From Candidatus Bathyarchaeota archaeon (GTDB taxonomy: Archaea; Thermoproteota; Bathyarchaeia; TCS64): a DNA stretch of 41,810 nucleotides. Below are positions 8,460-18,378 of this stretch, in pieces. Under the pieces are notes generated by a model, which saw only the letters and a program-made list of their open reading frames with translations, was not told the origin of the DNA and did no database searches. Each line of letters starts with the position of its first letter. Position 1 is the stretch's first letter. Where the stretch lies: contig CP070640.1 in the NCBI GenBank assembly GCA_020354065.1, positions 482,013 through 523,822 on the forward strand, given 5' to 3'. The position numbers and the translations under genes are program-made.

Positions 8460-9170
8460 TCACCTGAAATAGAAGACTAGAGGCTTAGAAATCATTTCCA
8501 TCTCCTGACCACATTCTGGGCAGAACTGCCCTCGATACTTGATCTGGGTTCCACAGAACCTGCAGTATTTCACTTCGGGGGCAGGTCGCCTCTCCGGTTC
8601 CTTCCCGCAGAAAGGGCAATACTTCGACTCGTAGGGAACTGTCATCCCGCACCATCCGCAAAACCTCTCATAGCCTGAAACTGTAGGGTCAGACGGTTCA
8701 TGGGATATCTTGAACTTCGGTCTCCAGCGCTCAATGGGAGCTTTATGGATGGAGCCAAGAATGCCCCCGACCGCGACTCCTATCATGACTCCGGGGATGA
8801 TCGTGAGGACGGAGGCATACACCGCCATCCCGATGAAGGGGTTCTGTATCGCGCTCTCAACGGAATTTATCGGGGTTCTCTTTAGGAGCGATGAGATGTC
8901 CCGATAAAACAAGATGGTGAAGATAGCGGAGAGAGCCATAGAAAGAAGAGCCTTCTTTTTTTCCATGGCAAACCTCTCTGCAACAAGGCTGGCTATGATG
9001 GTCGTTATCAAAGTCGAGAAAGCCCACATCCAGGCATCATGACTTATTTCTAGGGGGATGAGGTTGAAGAGAACGTCGGCGGCAGCCACTATGAGCATGA
9101 TCAGTAAGATGGTGAAGGGGAAAGACCAGAGGGTGGGAAGATTCCTGTCTACACTCACCCCTAGCTTCAT
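8460..9170 (-). CDS. Multi-pass membrane protein with a C-terminal double zinc ribbon
   Basis: There are about 5 hydrophobic helices, then CGWCGMTVPYESKYCPFCG...KYCRFCGTQIKYRGQFCPECG (four CxxC pairs). Confidence 0.6.
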   Translation of the reverse strand: MKLGVSVDRNLPTLWSFPFTILLIMLIVAAADVLFNLIPLEISHDAWMWAFSTLITTIIASLVAERFAMEKKKALLSMALSAIFTILFYRDISSLLKRTPINSVESAIQNPFIGMAVYASVLTIIPGVMIGVAVGGILGSIHKAPIERWRPKFKISHEPSDPTVSGYERFCGWCGMTVPYESKYCPFCGKEPERRPAPEVKYCRFCGTQIKYRGQFCPECGQEMEMISKPLVFYFR

Positions 9171-9422
9171 GAAAATGGCGCCGCCTAGTATTAATGATAT
9201 AGTGGTTCAGCGTCCCTGTTACAATTACTCTACATTATTTGATTTCTCCTTGTAAAAAATGAGTGATACTCTAGTGGAAATTTCATCGATTTTAAATCAG
9301 CTCTCCTTGGAAATTTAAATGAACGAAATAAAACTTTGCTGATGAAAGATTGATATTGTAAAGATTTATGTAACTTGGCGTGTTAGGTGTTATATTTTTA
9401 TAAGGAAAAGTCGGGTAGAAGC

Positions 9423-9728
9423 CTAATTATCCACGTCTTTATCCTCGTCCGTTGTGCTATCTACTTCTTCCCGTTCAATCTCAAGGGGGCTCTCTAAGGG
9501 GATAGGCGGCGGGGTTGTCGCCATCGTGTAGCCTATCCATAGGACGATCAACAGCATCAGGTAGACCGCTAGTATCACCGGTAGCCTGTACGCCCACTCG
9601 CTCAGCTGCGGGGATATCCAACTCGAAACAGTCGGTCCGAGGAATGGGGCAAAAGCCCATACGAAGTACCCGACCATGATGACCAAGCTGACGATCACAA
9701 TGAGCGATCCAAGGCTTTTATCGTCCAA
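9423..9728 (-). CDS. Small two-helix membrane protein with an acidic C-terminal tail
   Basis: Two long hydrophobic segments and an EREEVDSTTDEDKDVDN tail. It lies 92 nt downstream of the zinc-ribbon/coiled-coil gene on the same strand. Confidence 0.45.
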   Translation of the reverse strand: MDDKSLGSLIVIVSLVIMVGYFVWAFAPFLGPTVSSWISPQLSEWAYRLPVILAVYLMLLIVLWIGYTMATTPPPIPLESPLEIEREEVDSTTDEDKDVDN

Positions 9729-9820
9729 TTTGTTAAACCTCTCTGAAGATTATCAAGGAATAATATTAGAGTTTCCCCATTGGTTTAAATTTTAACCGGT
9801 GAGACCATCCAAGGCTGTGA

Positions 9821-10765
9821 TCACTGTTTCCAGAAGCGTTCGAGCTTGGACAGTACATCACTCCTCAATGAGTCGAGCTCAGACTGGGTTATCTCCCCCA
9901 CCTTGAAGCGGACCTCTAGAACGTCCAACTCGTTCCGTAGTTCCCTCTCGGTCTCGTCGCTGACCATTCCCGCAAACAGGTTGATTGTATCCTCAAAGTC
10001 CTCTGCGAGGCTTGCAGCCAGTTCTCGACTGAGCTTTCCTCCTTCTACCATTGTGTCTAGATCTTTGATGAATTTCCTGGCGGTCTGTTCATGCTCGAAT
10101 TGTTCTTGTCGGGTCACGCCTAGGGGTTGGTTAGATAGTTGCTTTGTGGTCTTCTCTAGTCTGGTGATCTCCTTCTCGATAGTGTTTATGTTCTCCCTGA
10201 TGCTAGGGGTCCTGATGAGGAGGTCGCTCTCGGCAAGCTCTCCTATGGCAACTCTGACTCTCAGCTCCTCCAGCTTGAGATTTGTTTTTTCAAGCTCAGC
10301 CTTCTTCTCTTCGTACTGGTCCCTGTAAGATGCGGTCTTTTCTTCAATCCTCTCCTTGAGCTGGGCGATCTCTTTCTGGTAACCCTCATAGATGTTGGTG
10401 AAGACCCTCTCTTGCAGCCCTTCCTCCATGAGGAGTTCGCAGAGTTTCACCTTCCAGGCATGGTGCTTCACCATCTCCTTAGTCAGGTGTGTGAGCTCGG
10501 GGTCAACTCCAAGGTCAATCAAGGGAGGGGGTCTTCGCTCTTCTTTGTATATGTCGTAGAGGGACGAGAAGAAAGATGTGTCATCTACATCCGGTTGAGG
10601 ACGGATCTTGGGGGGTTTATAAGCCTCTATAGGGGGCTCCTCTCTGCTCGATTCTAAAGAAGGTCTTCTCCCCCTTTCCACCAGGTTGTAACCGCAGTAA
10701 ATACAGAACTGGGTTCTGGGGACCTCCTTCCCGCATTTCTGACAGGTGGTGGACTCTTCCTGCAT
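9821..10765 (-). CDS. Zinc-ribbon protein with a Pro-rich linker and a long coiled coil containing SHOCT-like repeats
   Basis: N-terminal CQKCGKEVPRTQFCIYCG. Heptad-rich E/K/L region. Three G(E/K)(L/I)xxS(E/D)L motifs, for example FKVGEITQSELDSLRSDVLSKL. Confidence 0.55.
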   Translation of the reverse strand: MQEESTTCQKCGKEVPRTQFCIYCGYNLVERGRRPSLESSREEPPIEAYKPPKIRPQPDVDDTSFFSSLYDIYKEERRPPPLIDLGVDPELTHLTKEMVKHHAWKVKLCELLMEEGLQERVFTNIYEGYQKEIAQLKERIEEKTASYRDQYEEKKAELEKTNLKLEELRVRVAIGELAESDLLIRTPSIRENINTIEKEITRLEKTTKQLSNQPLGVTRQEQFEHEQTARKFIKDLDTMVEGGKLSRELAASLAEDFEDTINLFAGMVSDETERELRNELDVLEVRFKVGEITQSELDSLRSDVLSKLERFWKQ

Positions 10766-11081
10766 TGCGAGGCTCCTCGTACTAGAGACCTACTTGTGAA
10801 TCGTTCTAACAGAAGATATTAATTTTGGGGGTGAGAGGCCATACCTTCTAGCTCCTTTGTAATGATTTCATGATCAGGGGGGAATTTTCTTTGCATGCTC
10901 ATTGAAAGATTTCAGCAATGGGTGTCAAGATCGGACTTGTACAGTCATTATTCGAATATTCCAAATGGAATTTTTTATTGAATATTTCACATCATTACCG
11001 TTAATACACGAAGAAATTTTTTTAAGTGGACGGTTATATTCTCTCTGCAATTCCCGAGAGGAATAATGAGGATTATCTGGG

Positions 11082-12299
11082 ATGAGTGAGATGGAAAATA
11101 TTCTCGTCAAGGAGCTCATACAAAACACCCTCGACGACAAGCCGATGGAAATCTGCGAGAGGAAGGGTCTCGGCCACCCGGACACGATCTGTGACTCCAT
11201 AATGAATCAGGTCTCCATAGAACTCAGCAAGGAGTACTTGAGGAGGTTCGGGGACATCCTCCACCACAACCTTGACAAAGGGCTCATCGGAGCCGGCGGG
11301 TCCGAGGTTCGTTTCGGAGGAGGGGAGATCACCGAGCCGATGCTCATCGTCTATGGCGACAGGGCAACCTTCAATGTCGGAGAGGAACATGTTCCCGTTA
11401 AAGAGATCGCGATAGAGAGCACCAAGGAGTGGATGAGGAGTAATCTTCGTTTCGTAAACCCTGAGAAACATGTCAAGTATCAGAGCGTCATCAAGCCGGG
11501 GGCCGCCTCCCTCCAAGACATCTTCCAGAGGAAGGGGAAGTATCGTGGGGCTAACGACACCTCTGCGGCCGTGGGCTTCGCCCCTTTGAGCCGGACGGAG
11601 AGGCTGATTCTAGATCTAGAGGGATATCTCAACTCCCCTGAGTTCAAGAGAGAGTACCCCGAGTCGGGGGAGGACATCAAGATCATGGGTTTCAGGAACG
11701 GGAACAAGCTGAGCCTGACTGTGGCCATAGCCTTCGTCGACCGCTTCATCGAGAGCGAAGCGGACTATTTCAGGAAGAAATCCGACATCTACGGCGCCAT
11801 CAACGTCTTCTTAAACTCCAACTATGACTTCGACGAGGTGAAGGTGGGCATCAACGTTCTGGACCGAGAGGGGCGGGGGATAGACGGCCTCTACCTAACT
11901 GTTCTTGGGACCTCTGCGGATACTGGTGACTCCGGGCAGGTTGGGAGGGGGAACAACGTCGTGGGTGTGATCCCCTTGAACCGCCCCATGTCATCGGAGG
12001 CGGCAGCTGGGAAGAACCCTGTAAGCCACGTGGGGAAGATCTACAATTTCCTGAGCTACCAGATCGCCGACCAAGTCTGTGAAAAGGTCGAAGGCGTCAA
12101 GGAAGTCTATATTTGGCTAGTGAGCAACATCGGGCAGCCCATCAACGAGCCAGCGGTCTGCTCCGCCCAGGTGATACCAGCAGACGGAGTGGACCTGAAC
12201 AAGATCACACCGCAAATCAGGGAGGTCATTGCTCAAGAGTTCGAGCGCTTGGACGAGTTTTGCAGCGACCTCGCAACGGGGAAGATAAGCGTCTGTTAG
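11082..12299 (+). CDS. mat: Archaeal-type S-adenosylmethionine synthetase
   Basis: ERKGLGHPDTICDSI, about 400 aa, and strong overall resemblance to the archaeal MAT family rather than bacterial MetK. Confidence 0.92.
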   Translation: MSEMENILVKELIQNTLDDKPMEICERKGLGHPDTICDSIMNQVSIELSKEYLRRFGDILHHNLDKGLIGAGGSEVRFGGGEITEPMLIVYGDRATFNVGEEHVPVKEIAIESTKEWMRSNLRFVNPEKHVKYQSVIKPGAASLQDIFQRKGKYRGANDTSAAVGFAPLSRTERLILDLEGYLNSPEFKREYPESGEDIKIMGFRNGNKLSLTVAIAFVDRFIESEADYFRKKSDIYGAINVFLNSNYDFDEVKVGINVLDREGRGIDGLYLTVLGTSADTGDSGQVGRGNNVVGVIPLNRPMSSEAAAGKNPVSHVGKIYNFLSYQIADQVCEKVEGVKEVYIWLVSNIGQPINEPAVCSAQVIPADGVDLNKITPQIREVIAQEFERLDEFCSDLATGKISVC

Positions 12300-12310
12300 C
12301 GGGAAAAAAA

Positions 12311-13423
12311 ATGATCAGCTCGTGCGATGTGGGCAGCCTACCTTTAAGGGTGGAGGAGTCCCTCATCAATAAAGGAGCTAGGAAATCCATCACGCTCCTT
12401 CCTTTTATCGGGGTTCCAGACGAGGAAACGAAGACCTTTGAAAGGGAGATAGTGAATTCATTCGCTGACAAGCTTAGGAACGGTATCGATATCCCCAACT
12501 ACACCCAGTTCCGGGACATGAACGAGATGTTCTTCGAGCTGATCCAGGGGATTGAAAAAGTCGGCGCCGAATACGTCGCCTTCAGAAACCCTAAGGTAAA
12601 ACCGAACACTTCGATCCCAGAGGTGAATGTCGTCAAACGTAACATATCCGAAATCAGAGACTTGGCCAACGTCGAATACGTTAGGCTAAAAGCCTGTGTT
12701 ACGGGGCCATACACCCTCTCGTCTTTCTTCTCGACTAAGAGCCCGGGGCTGTTTGAGGATCTCGGGAGCACGCTTACTGAGATCTTCTCTCGTTCTTTTT
12801 TCGAGACGAAGTACAGCAGGCTGGACCTTTTATGCATAGACGAGCCGGTGTTGGGCTTCTTGGATGACCCTCTCCTTGATTATGGTTCAGAGGGGAGGGA
12901 GTCTCTCAGGAGGGCTTGGGAGGAGATGTGCCGAGTCGCGGCCTTGAAGAATGTAGAGACCTGCATGCACCTCCACGACACCTCTGACGACTTATTCTGG
13001 GAGGTGGAGCATCTGCACGTGGTCGAGTCCCATGTCGAGGACCCCCTTTACACATTGGAGAAGACCAAGGGGCGCCTAGAAGATACCGACAAATGTCTGA
13101 AGGCGAGCATTTACGTCACTCTCTTCGACAAGCTGATAGAGGAGAAGATCATGGCTCAGGGTAAGAGCCAAGACCTCCAGCAGAGGCTCGGAGAGATCTG
13201 GACAGAAATAAGACATCGCCAAATAGACCCTCTCACATTCCTTGAGGATCCCGCCCTCGTGGCGAAGAGGCTGGAGAAAGTTGTGAGACGTTTTGGGCCT
13301 GAGAGGGTTCCCTATGCGGGGCCGGAGTGTGGCTTGAGCAGCTGGCCAACCTACGAATCTTCCATGGAATGTCTGAAGAGGATATCAGCCACAGTCGAGG
13401 ATTACAACAAGAAAAAACACTAG
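12311..13423 (+). CDS. MetE-C-terminal-like (cobalamin-independent methionine synthase-type) methyltransferase
   Basis: The motifs LCIDEPVLGF, CMHLHD and YAGPECGLSSW resemble the MetE/URO-D-fold IDEP, metal-ligand and DCGL motifs. It is adjacent to mat. Start set at ATG 12311; the track ORF extends back over the mat 3' end. Confidence 0.55.
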   Translation: MISSCDVGSLPLRVEESLINKGARKSITLLPFIGVPDEETKTFEREIVNSFADKLRNGIDIPNYTQFRDMNEMFFELIQGIEKVGAEYVAFRNPKVKPNTSIPEVNVVKRNISEIRDLANVEYVRLKACVTGPYTLSSFFSTKSPGLFEDLGSTLTEIFSRSFFETKYSRLDLLCIDEPVLGFLDDPLLDYGSEGRESLRRAWEEMCRVAALKNVETCMHLHDTSDDLFWEVEHLHVVESHVEDPLYTLEKTKGRLEDTDKCLKASIYVTLFDKLIEEKIMAQGKSQDLQQRLGEIWTEIRHRQIDPLTFLEDPALVAKRLEKVVRRFGPERVPYAGPECGLSSWPTYESSMECLKRISATVEDYNKKKH

Positions 13424-14088
13424 GGTTTTACATCTTTGTTTAAAAACGCTATCTTATGATCGAAACAGCAATGCGATCGCATGAAACATTCATCACACCT
13501 CGGATGTCGCTTCCTGCAGAACTCCCTTCCATGCATCACAAAGGCGTTGTCCACGAGCCTGTACTTCTCGGGAGGAACCAAACTCTCCAATACAGCCTTG
13601 ACCACATCTGGGCTCTCTTTCATACCGACCAAGCCAAGCCTCTTCGCCACGGTTTCAACATGGGTGTCGACAGCGATAGCTGGTTGGTCGAAGGCGTAGC
13701 TGAGGACGACGTCGGCTGTCTTTGGGCCCACTCCAGGCAGGTCCATGAGGGAGGATCTGTCCCTCGGGACCTGTCCCTCATAATCGGCGATCAGGGTTTG
13801 ACAGATGGCTCGAATGTTCCTGGCCTTCTGTTTGTAGAATCCTGAGCACCTTATCCTTTCTCTGAGCTCCTCGACGCTGATGCGGAGCATATCCTCAGGG
13901 CGCTCAGCAGCCTGAAAGAGGTTCTCCATAGCCTGTGTTGAGTTTTCATCCCTCGTTCGGTGGGAGAGAACGCATCCAACAAGAGTCTTGAAGGGATCAT
14001 GAGTCCTCTCCAATTGTCCAATACCGCTCCCGTAGTGCTCCTCCAAGAGTTCTAAAACGAGCCTCATCTGAACCCTGGGGTCTCCCAT
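13420..14088 (-). CDS. nth: Endonuclease III (HhH-GPD DNA glycosylase with a 4Fe-4S cluster)
   Basis: HhH LMDLPGVGPKTADVVL, catalytic region AIAVDTHV, and cluster loop C-x6-C-x2-C-x5-C (CRKRHPRCDECFMRSHC). Confidence 0.9.
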   Translation of the reverse strand: MGDPRVQMRLVLELLEEHYGSGIGQLERTHDPFKTLVGCVLSHRTRDENSTQAMENLFQAAERPEDMLRISVEELRERIRCSGFYKQKARNIRAICQTLIADYEGQVPRDRSSLMDLPGVGPKTADVVLSYAFDQPAIAVDTHVETVAKRLGLVGMKESPDVVKAVLESLVPPEKYRLVDNAFVMHGREFCRKRHPRCDECFMRSHCCFDHKIAFLNKDVKP

Positions 14089-15551
14089 TAGGCCGCATGA
14101 CCTCCGAGCATCTCATTTTTTAGTTGCGCGAACTTGTCCGAGAGATATTCATCTAGGGTTTTTCCCTTTTTCTTCGCGCATTTCTTTAAGGCGGCGTTCA
14201 CTCCAGTTGAGTACTGGACGGCTCGCTTACGTCTAGAAGAGATCTCATCGGGGAACCCAAGCTTCTTGGCGAGGCTCCTGAGAATGAGCTTCCTCTGCGA
14301 CTCTAAATCCCTGGGAAGCTTGAGTTCAACTGGCAGGGCCAACCCCCACTCAACCAGCCTAAGATCAGCGAAGGGAAGCCTGAGTTCCAAGCCCCCTGCC
14401 AGCGAGATCTTGTAGTCTCTCTCGAAGTTGATCTCGTGGGATGCCAAGACGTCCCTGTACATTGTATCCCTGACGCTCTCTCCCCTCTCTACGTATTCTC
14501 TGAAATACCTGTGGTAGCCCCCGAAGATTTCGTCGCTTCCGTTGCCTGAGAAAATGACCCTAATGCCAGATTCGGCTGCTAGCTTTGAGGTCCAGTGGAG
14601 TGGGAGGGCCACCGCTACTTTCAATGGGGTAGGGTCCTCTATGCTCCAGAGAACCTCGTCTATGGCTTCCTCCACATCCCTCATGGTGAAGGACTCCAGC
14701 CGCAATGGCAGGTCGAGGCTCTCGGCAGCCTTCTCTGCCGCGCTGAACTCCCTAGACCCTTCCATGCCGACGCAGATTAAGTCCACCTCCACCCCAGCCT
14801 TGTTGATATAGTAGGCTATGAGACTGCTGTCGATGCCTCCGGAAAAACCTAGGGAGACTCCAGATAGCCCATGGCACCTGGTCTCAACGGCTCTCGACAG
14901 GATTCTATCCAGCTCTCCAACTGCCTCCCCCATGGAGATCTCTCTCGATGTGATTTTAGCTATAATTCGGATGGGTACAGAGGAGATTCCCTTTCTCGTA
15001 GCTTTATAGATGTGACCCGGCGTTGTCCTCTTTTCTTCAAGGCCGATGGACCAGAGCATCTTCTTGCAAGAGGCTACGGCGAGTATTTCTTGGCTCTCGC
15101 CATAATAGAGGGGAACAGTCCCCATAGGGTCCCTCCCAAACAAAATGGAGTCGCCCGAGAGTATGATCGATGCGAATGATCCGTCATCATCCTCGATTAA
15201 CTGCCGCAGGCCCTTCTCCGGATCTCGACCGAGGCCATCGGCAACAACTTGGACGTTCGGTTGGTTTAGCTTGTACCAGAGTCTTCCAAGAAAAGTGAAG
15301 GTGTAATTATATTGGTATAGGAGTTGGGGCTGATCAAGTGGGATTGTCTTGGTCAGGATATGCCCTAGCAACGCTTTCGATCTTGGGGCGTCGATCGCTT
15401 CGAGTGTTTCTCCGATGATCACACCTCTGTCTGATGCTACTCCGTAACTTTCTCCGTCCCTAGGATCGGATCCCTGTAGAATTCTGGAGAGGGCTGGGAA
15501 TACCTCTCTTTCATCCTTGCTCAGGACGGCGGCGATGTGACCCATTCCCAT
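14088..15551 (-). CDS. Asparagine synthetase B-like amidoligase without the N-terminal Cys nucleophile
   Basis: PP-loop LGFSGGIDSS, SGNGSDEIFGGY, and an Ntn-domain remnant FGRDPMGTVPLYYGE. The N-terminus reads MGMGHIAAV instead of MCGI. Confidence 0.75.
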   Translation of the reverse strand: MGMGHIAAVLSKDEREVFPALSRILQGSDPRDGESYGVASDRGVIIGETLEAIDAPRSKALLGHILTKTIPLDQPQLLYQYNYTFTFLGRLWYKLNQPNVQVVADGLGRDPEKGLRQLIEDDDGSFASIILSGDSILFGRDPMGTVPLYYGESQEILAVASCKKMLWSIGLEEKRTTPGHIYKATRKGISSVPIRIIAKITSREISMGEAVGELDRILSRAVETRCHGLSGVSLGFSGGIDSSLIAYYINKAGVEVDLICVGMEGSREFSAAEKAAESLDLPLRLESFTMRDVEEAIDEVLWSIEDPTPLKVAVALPLHWTSKLAAESGIRVIFSGNGSDEIFGGYHRYFREYVERGESVRDTMYRDVLASHEINFERDYKISLAGGLELRLPFADLRLVEWGLALPVELKLPRDLESQRKLILRSLAKKLGFPDEISSRRKRAVQYSTGVNAALKKCAKKKGKTLDEYLSDKFAQLKNEMLGGHAA

Positions 15552-15609
15552 GAAATTGTTGTTGGTTCAATTTGGGGTTATCGAATCAGGTAGCTTCCCA
15601 GTCCTCCAT

Positions 15610-16023
15610 TCAGCTCTGGTGTTCCTCCGCTGCTTCGAGGATCGCGTCGACCTGGTCCTCCGTCAGACGGACTGCGTGGAGGAAGCTTCCCTTCCTGGGG
15701 TCGTCGGCTAGGATCGATTCCTTGATTGGATAGGGCTTGTTGTACTTGAAGAGGGATTTGAAGGTGATAGCGCACTTCCAGTTGTTCTCCATGCAGTAGG
15801 CCTCCTCTTCCGGGGGGAGTTCCCAGAGATGCTCGACCTTGCCCACCACGCCGTAGCCGATGAAAGAGTCTCCAACGTCGGTTTTCATGGCGAGGAGGAT
15901 CGGTGTGTCTCGCCTCCAAGCCCTTATAACGCCTGAGTAGTATTTCTTTAACTCGTAGACCTGATCCCGCCAATCATTGGTGATTATCCTGAGAATGTAA
16001 CCATAATTCTTTTCGTCGGACAT
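15610..16023 (-). CDS. Hypothetical protein, tentatively PUA-like (EVE/ASCH-type) fold
   Basis: The pattern GDSFIGYGVVGKVEH...W.CAITFKSLFKYNKPYPIKE loosely matches PUA-like small domains. This is weak by-eye evidence only. Confidence 0.35.
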   Translation of the reverse strand: MSDEKNYGYILRIITNDWRDQVYELKKYYSGVIRAWRRDTPILLAMKTDVGDSFIGYGVVGKVEHLWELPPEEEAYCMENNWKCAITFKSLFKYNKPYPIKESILADDPRKGSFLHAVRLTEDQVDAILEAAEEHQS

Positions 16024-16074
16024 CTATGAATGTTTTGTGTTAGATGAAATTTAAAGATATCAGGTTTCGAGCAT

Positions 16075-18378
16075 TTATTCTCCTTCTGGCTCCTCGTACT
16101 CCCTTGGCTCCTCTTCGATGAAATCGGTCAGTGCTCTCTGCTCAGAGACCGCCTTCTCTAGGCTTTTCCATTCTTCCTCTTCCACGACGCCACCCACCTG
16201 CTCCTTGATGACCTTGGCGAGCCTTGGACCGATGAGTGGAATCCCCACTAGACTAGAGACCGACGCTTTCTTGAGACTCGCTATGGTCGGATACCCAGAG
16301 TTGTAGAGGACCCGGGCCCTGACCCGTCCGATGCCCCTGAGCCTGACCAGGGGCAGGAGCTTCTCGGTCACCCCGTACCTCACCCGGTCCCTTAGCTTCC
16401 TGAGATGTCCCCTGTGCTCTCTTATCTCCAGCACCTGGGCGAGCTCGTGTGCTGCGTAGAGAAGCCAGTCGGCGTTGTTAACGGCACCGTACCGATCACC
16501 TGGAGGCACTGAGTACTTCTCAAGGAGGTCGCTCTCCGATGTCTCCTCGATCCAGGCCTCCAGGACTATGGCGGTCTTAACCTCCCCCAGGAACTGCTCG
16601 TACTCCACATAATCGTAATCATCTGAGACCCTGCAGGCGAACTCTCCCCTGTGCTCCTCGAGGTAAGCCTCCAAATACTCCATATCCCTCCTCCTAGGCC
16701 TCAGGATGGGGCGCATGTCCGGGATGTGGCATATTAGGTGGAGCCAGGTCAAATCGGTAATCTCTTCCGCCCCCCTCCTCAGGCCGTCCCTCAGGACCAC
16801 TGCGGAGAGGGGGTCGATGTAGAGCTCGGAGACCCTCCGGCCGAAGTCGGTGGCGTAGATGTAGTCTCTCTTGTAGAGGATCATGGCCTCCCGCCTCAGG
16901 TAGCTGAGTATCGCCGCCACGATGAGCTTGATGTTACCGATGGGGTAGTGGTAGCCATAAAAGGTCTGGCCGAAGAAGTCGATGATCCCCTGCTCGGTGT
17001 GGGCGTAGTCGGAGGCGACAGCGGCCAGGGTGTGGCCTCGGATGGCGGCTTCCTGGGCGAGCCTGCTGTAGAGGCGCTCGGGTTGGCCGGCTACGTAGTT
17101 CTCCATGAGAGCGTCCTGCTCGTCGGAGGAGGAGGCTATGAGAACAGCTTCGCCGTACTCATCGTACTGGGGCCTCCCTGCCCTGCCGCTCATCTGCTTG
17201 TATTCGAGAACCGAGATGGGGTACATCCCATAGCCAGGGGTGAATCTCCTGTAGCTGCCGATCACAGCCGTTCTCGCTGGTAGGTTCACTCCGGCCGCAA
17301 GGGTCGGTGTCGCGGAGAGTATCTTTATCCAGCCAGCCTTGAAGGCCCTCTCCACGATCCGCCTATGCTCAGTGCTCAGCCCGGCGTGGTGGAAGGCCGC
17401 CCCCTTGGCCACAGCGGAGGCTAGGTTATCCGTTAGGCTGGTCTTCTCGCCTCTGAGGACGATCTCGGAGGATATCTTCTGCAGCTCCGTCTGCTCCCTT
17501 TTCCGGTGAGACCCCGCAATTGCGTTAGCCGCTTCACGAGCCACGCTCTGGGCCCTCCTCCGGCTCTCTACGAAGATGAGGGACTGACCACCGTCGAGGA
17601 CAGAGTTGACGGCGATGTTGATCGCATCAAGCTTGTTGAGGGAGTCGAGGCGCTTCATGCTCCCATCGTTGAAGATGATCCTGTTGCTTAAGGCAACGCC
17701 CTCCTTGAGAGGGACCGGCCTCCAGTCTGTCTTGATCCAGTCAGCTTCGAGCCACTCGGCTACTTCGTCTGCGTTCCTTATGGTGGCGCTGAGAGCGAGG
17801 ATCTGGAGGTCGGGTCTCAGCTGCCTCAACCGAGCGATCGCGACTTCCAAGGTGGGCCCCCGGTCGTTGCCTATGAGGTGGATCTCGTCCGCTATGACGA
17901 GGGATACGTCCTCCATCCACGGTGATCTGTGCCTGAGGAGGGAGTCGCACTTCTCGTTGGTGGTGATTACGATGTCATAGTTTGCCAGCCAGCTCGTCCT
18001 GCTGTCTAGGTCGCCGGTGCTGACGCCGACTCGGATCTTCCCTCCTCTCCTCTTTTCTATGCCGGAGTAGGCCTGGAACTCCTCGTACTTCTCCCACGCT
18101 AGGGCTCTGAGGGGAGTAAGGTAGAGGGCTTTGCCGCCCCGCTCCACGATATGCTTGACTGCGCAGAGCTCTGCAATCAGGGTCTTACCACTGGCCGTGG
18201 GGCTTGCCATGACGAGGTTCTTCCCATCCAGCACTCCGGCTTCAATCGCCTCGGCCTGAGGAGGGTAGAGCTCGTCGAAGCCCCTGGCTTCCAGCAGCGC
18301 CTTTACCTTCTTCGGTATGTCGAGTTCGGAGACCCTCACGTATCCAGCCCTTCGGCTAGAATATGCGAGGCACGCCAT
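16075..18378 (-). CDS. hel308: Hel308/Hjm Ski2-like DNA helicase
   Basis: Walker A SPTASGKT, DEIH box, SAT, QMSGRAGRPQYD, a winged-helix/ratchet region and a C-terminal HhH-like domain, about 750 aa. The true start may be GTG at about 18339 (VRVSELDIP). Confidence 0.9.
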   Translation of the reverse strand: MACLAYSSRRAGYVRVSELDIPKKVKALLEARGFDELYPPQAEAIEAGVLDGKNLVMASPTASGKTLIAELCAVKHIVERGGKALYLTPLRALAWEKYEEFQAYSGIEKRRGGKIRVGVSTGDLDSRTSWLANYDIVITTNEKCDSLLRHRSPWMEDVSLVIADEIHLIGNDRGPTLEVAIARLRQLRPDLQILALSATIRNADEVAEWLEADWIKTDWRPVPLKEGVALSNRIIFNDGSMKRLDSLNKLDAINIAVNSVLDGGQSLIFVESRRRAQSVAREAANAIAGSHRKREQTELQKISSEIVLRGEKTSLTDNLASAVAKGAAFHHAGLSTEHRRIVERAFKAGWIKILSATPTLAAGVNLPARTAVIGSYRRFTPGYGMYPISVLEYKQMSGRAGRPQYDEYGEAVLIASSSDEQDALMENYVAGQPERLYSRLAQEAAIRGHTLAAVASDYAHTEQGIIDFFGQTFYGYHYPIGNIKLIVAAILSYLRREAMILYKRDYIYATDFGRRVSELYIDPLSAVVLRDGLRRGAEEITDLTWLHLICHIPDMRPILRPRRRDMEYLEAYLEEHRGEFACRVSDDYDYVEYEQFLGEVKTAIVLEAWIEETSESDLLEKYSVPPGDRYGAVNNADWLLYAAHELAQVLEIREHRGHLRKLRDRVRYGVTEKLLPLVRLRGIGRVRARVLYNSGYPTIASLKKASVSSLVGIPLIGPRLAKVIKEQVGGVVEEEEWKSLEKAVSEQRALTDFIEEEPREYEEPEGE

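Noticed and set aside
10990-11081. Possible regulatory RNA (SAM-responsive leader) upstream of the SAM synthetase gene: small hairpins CTCTC-N10-GAGAG and ATAAT-GAGG-ATTAT.
   Set aside because: The stems are only 5 bp, AT-rich, and bear no resemblance to known SAM riboswitch cores. This is ordinary AT-rich promoter DNA.
12113-12310. A 66-codon N-terminal extension of the MetE-like ORF overlapping the 3' end of mat.
   Set aside because: The extension is Arg/Gly/Ser-rich out-of-frame mat sequence. A clean ATG at 12311 sits 9 nt after the mat stop, and the recognisable protein starts there.
16738-17283. Long antisense or alternative-frame ORFs inside GC-rich genes. Examples are 16738..17283 in hel308, 27163..28013 in idi2/ipk, 29127..29651 in mvk, 30568..31140 in rps2, 9846..10328 and 34704..35225.
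   Set aside because: All lie wholly inside confidently identified genes on the opposite strand or frame and have Arg/Ser/Pro/Gly-biased low-complexity translations typical of GC-rich shadow ORFs.
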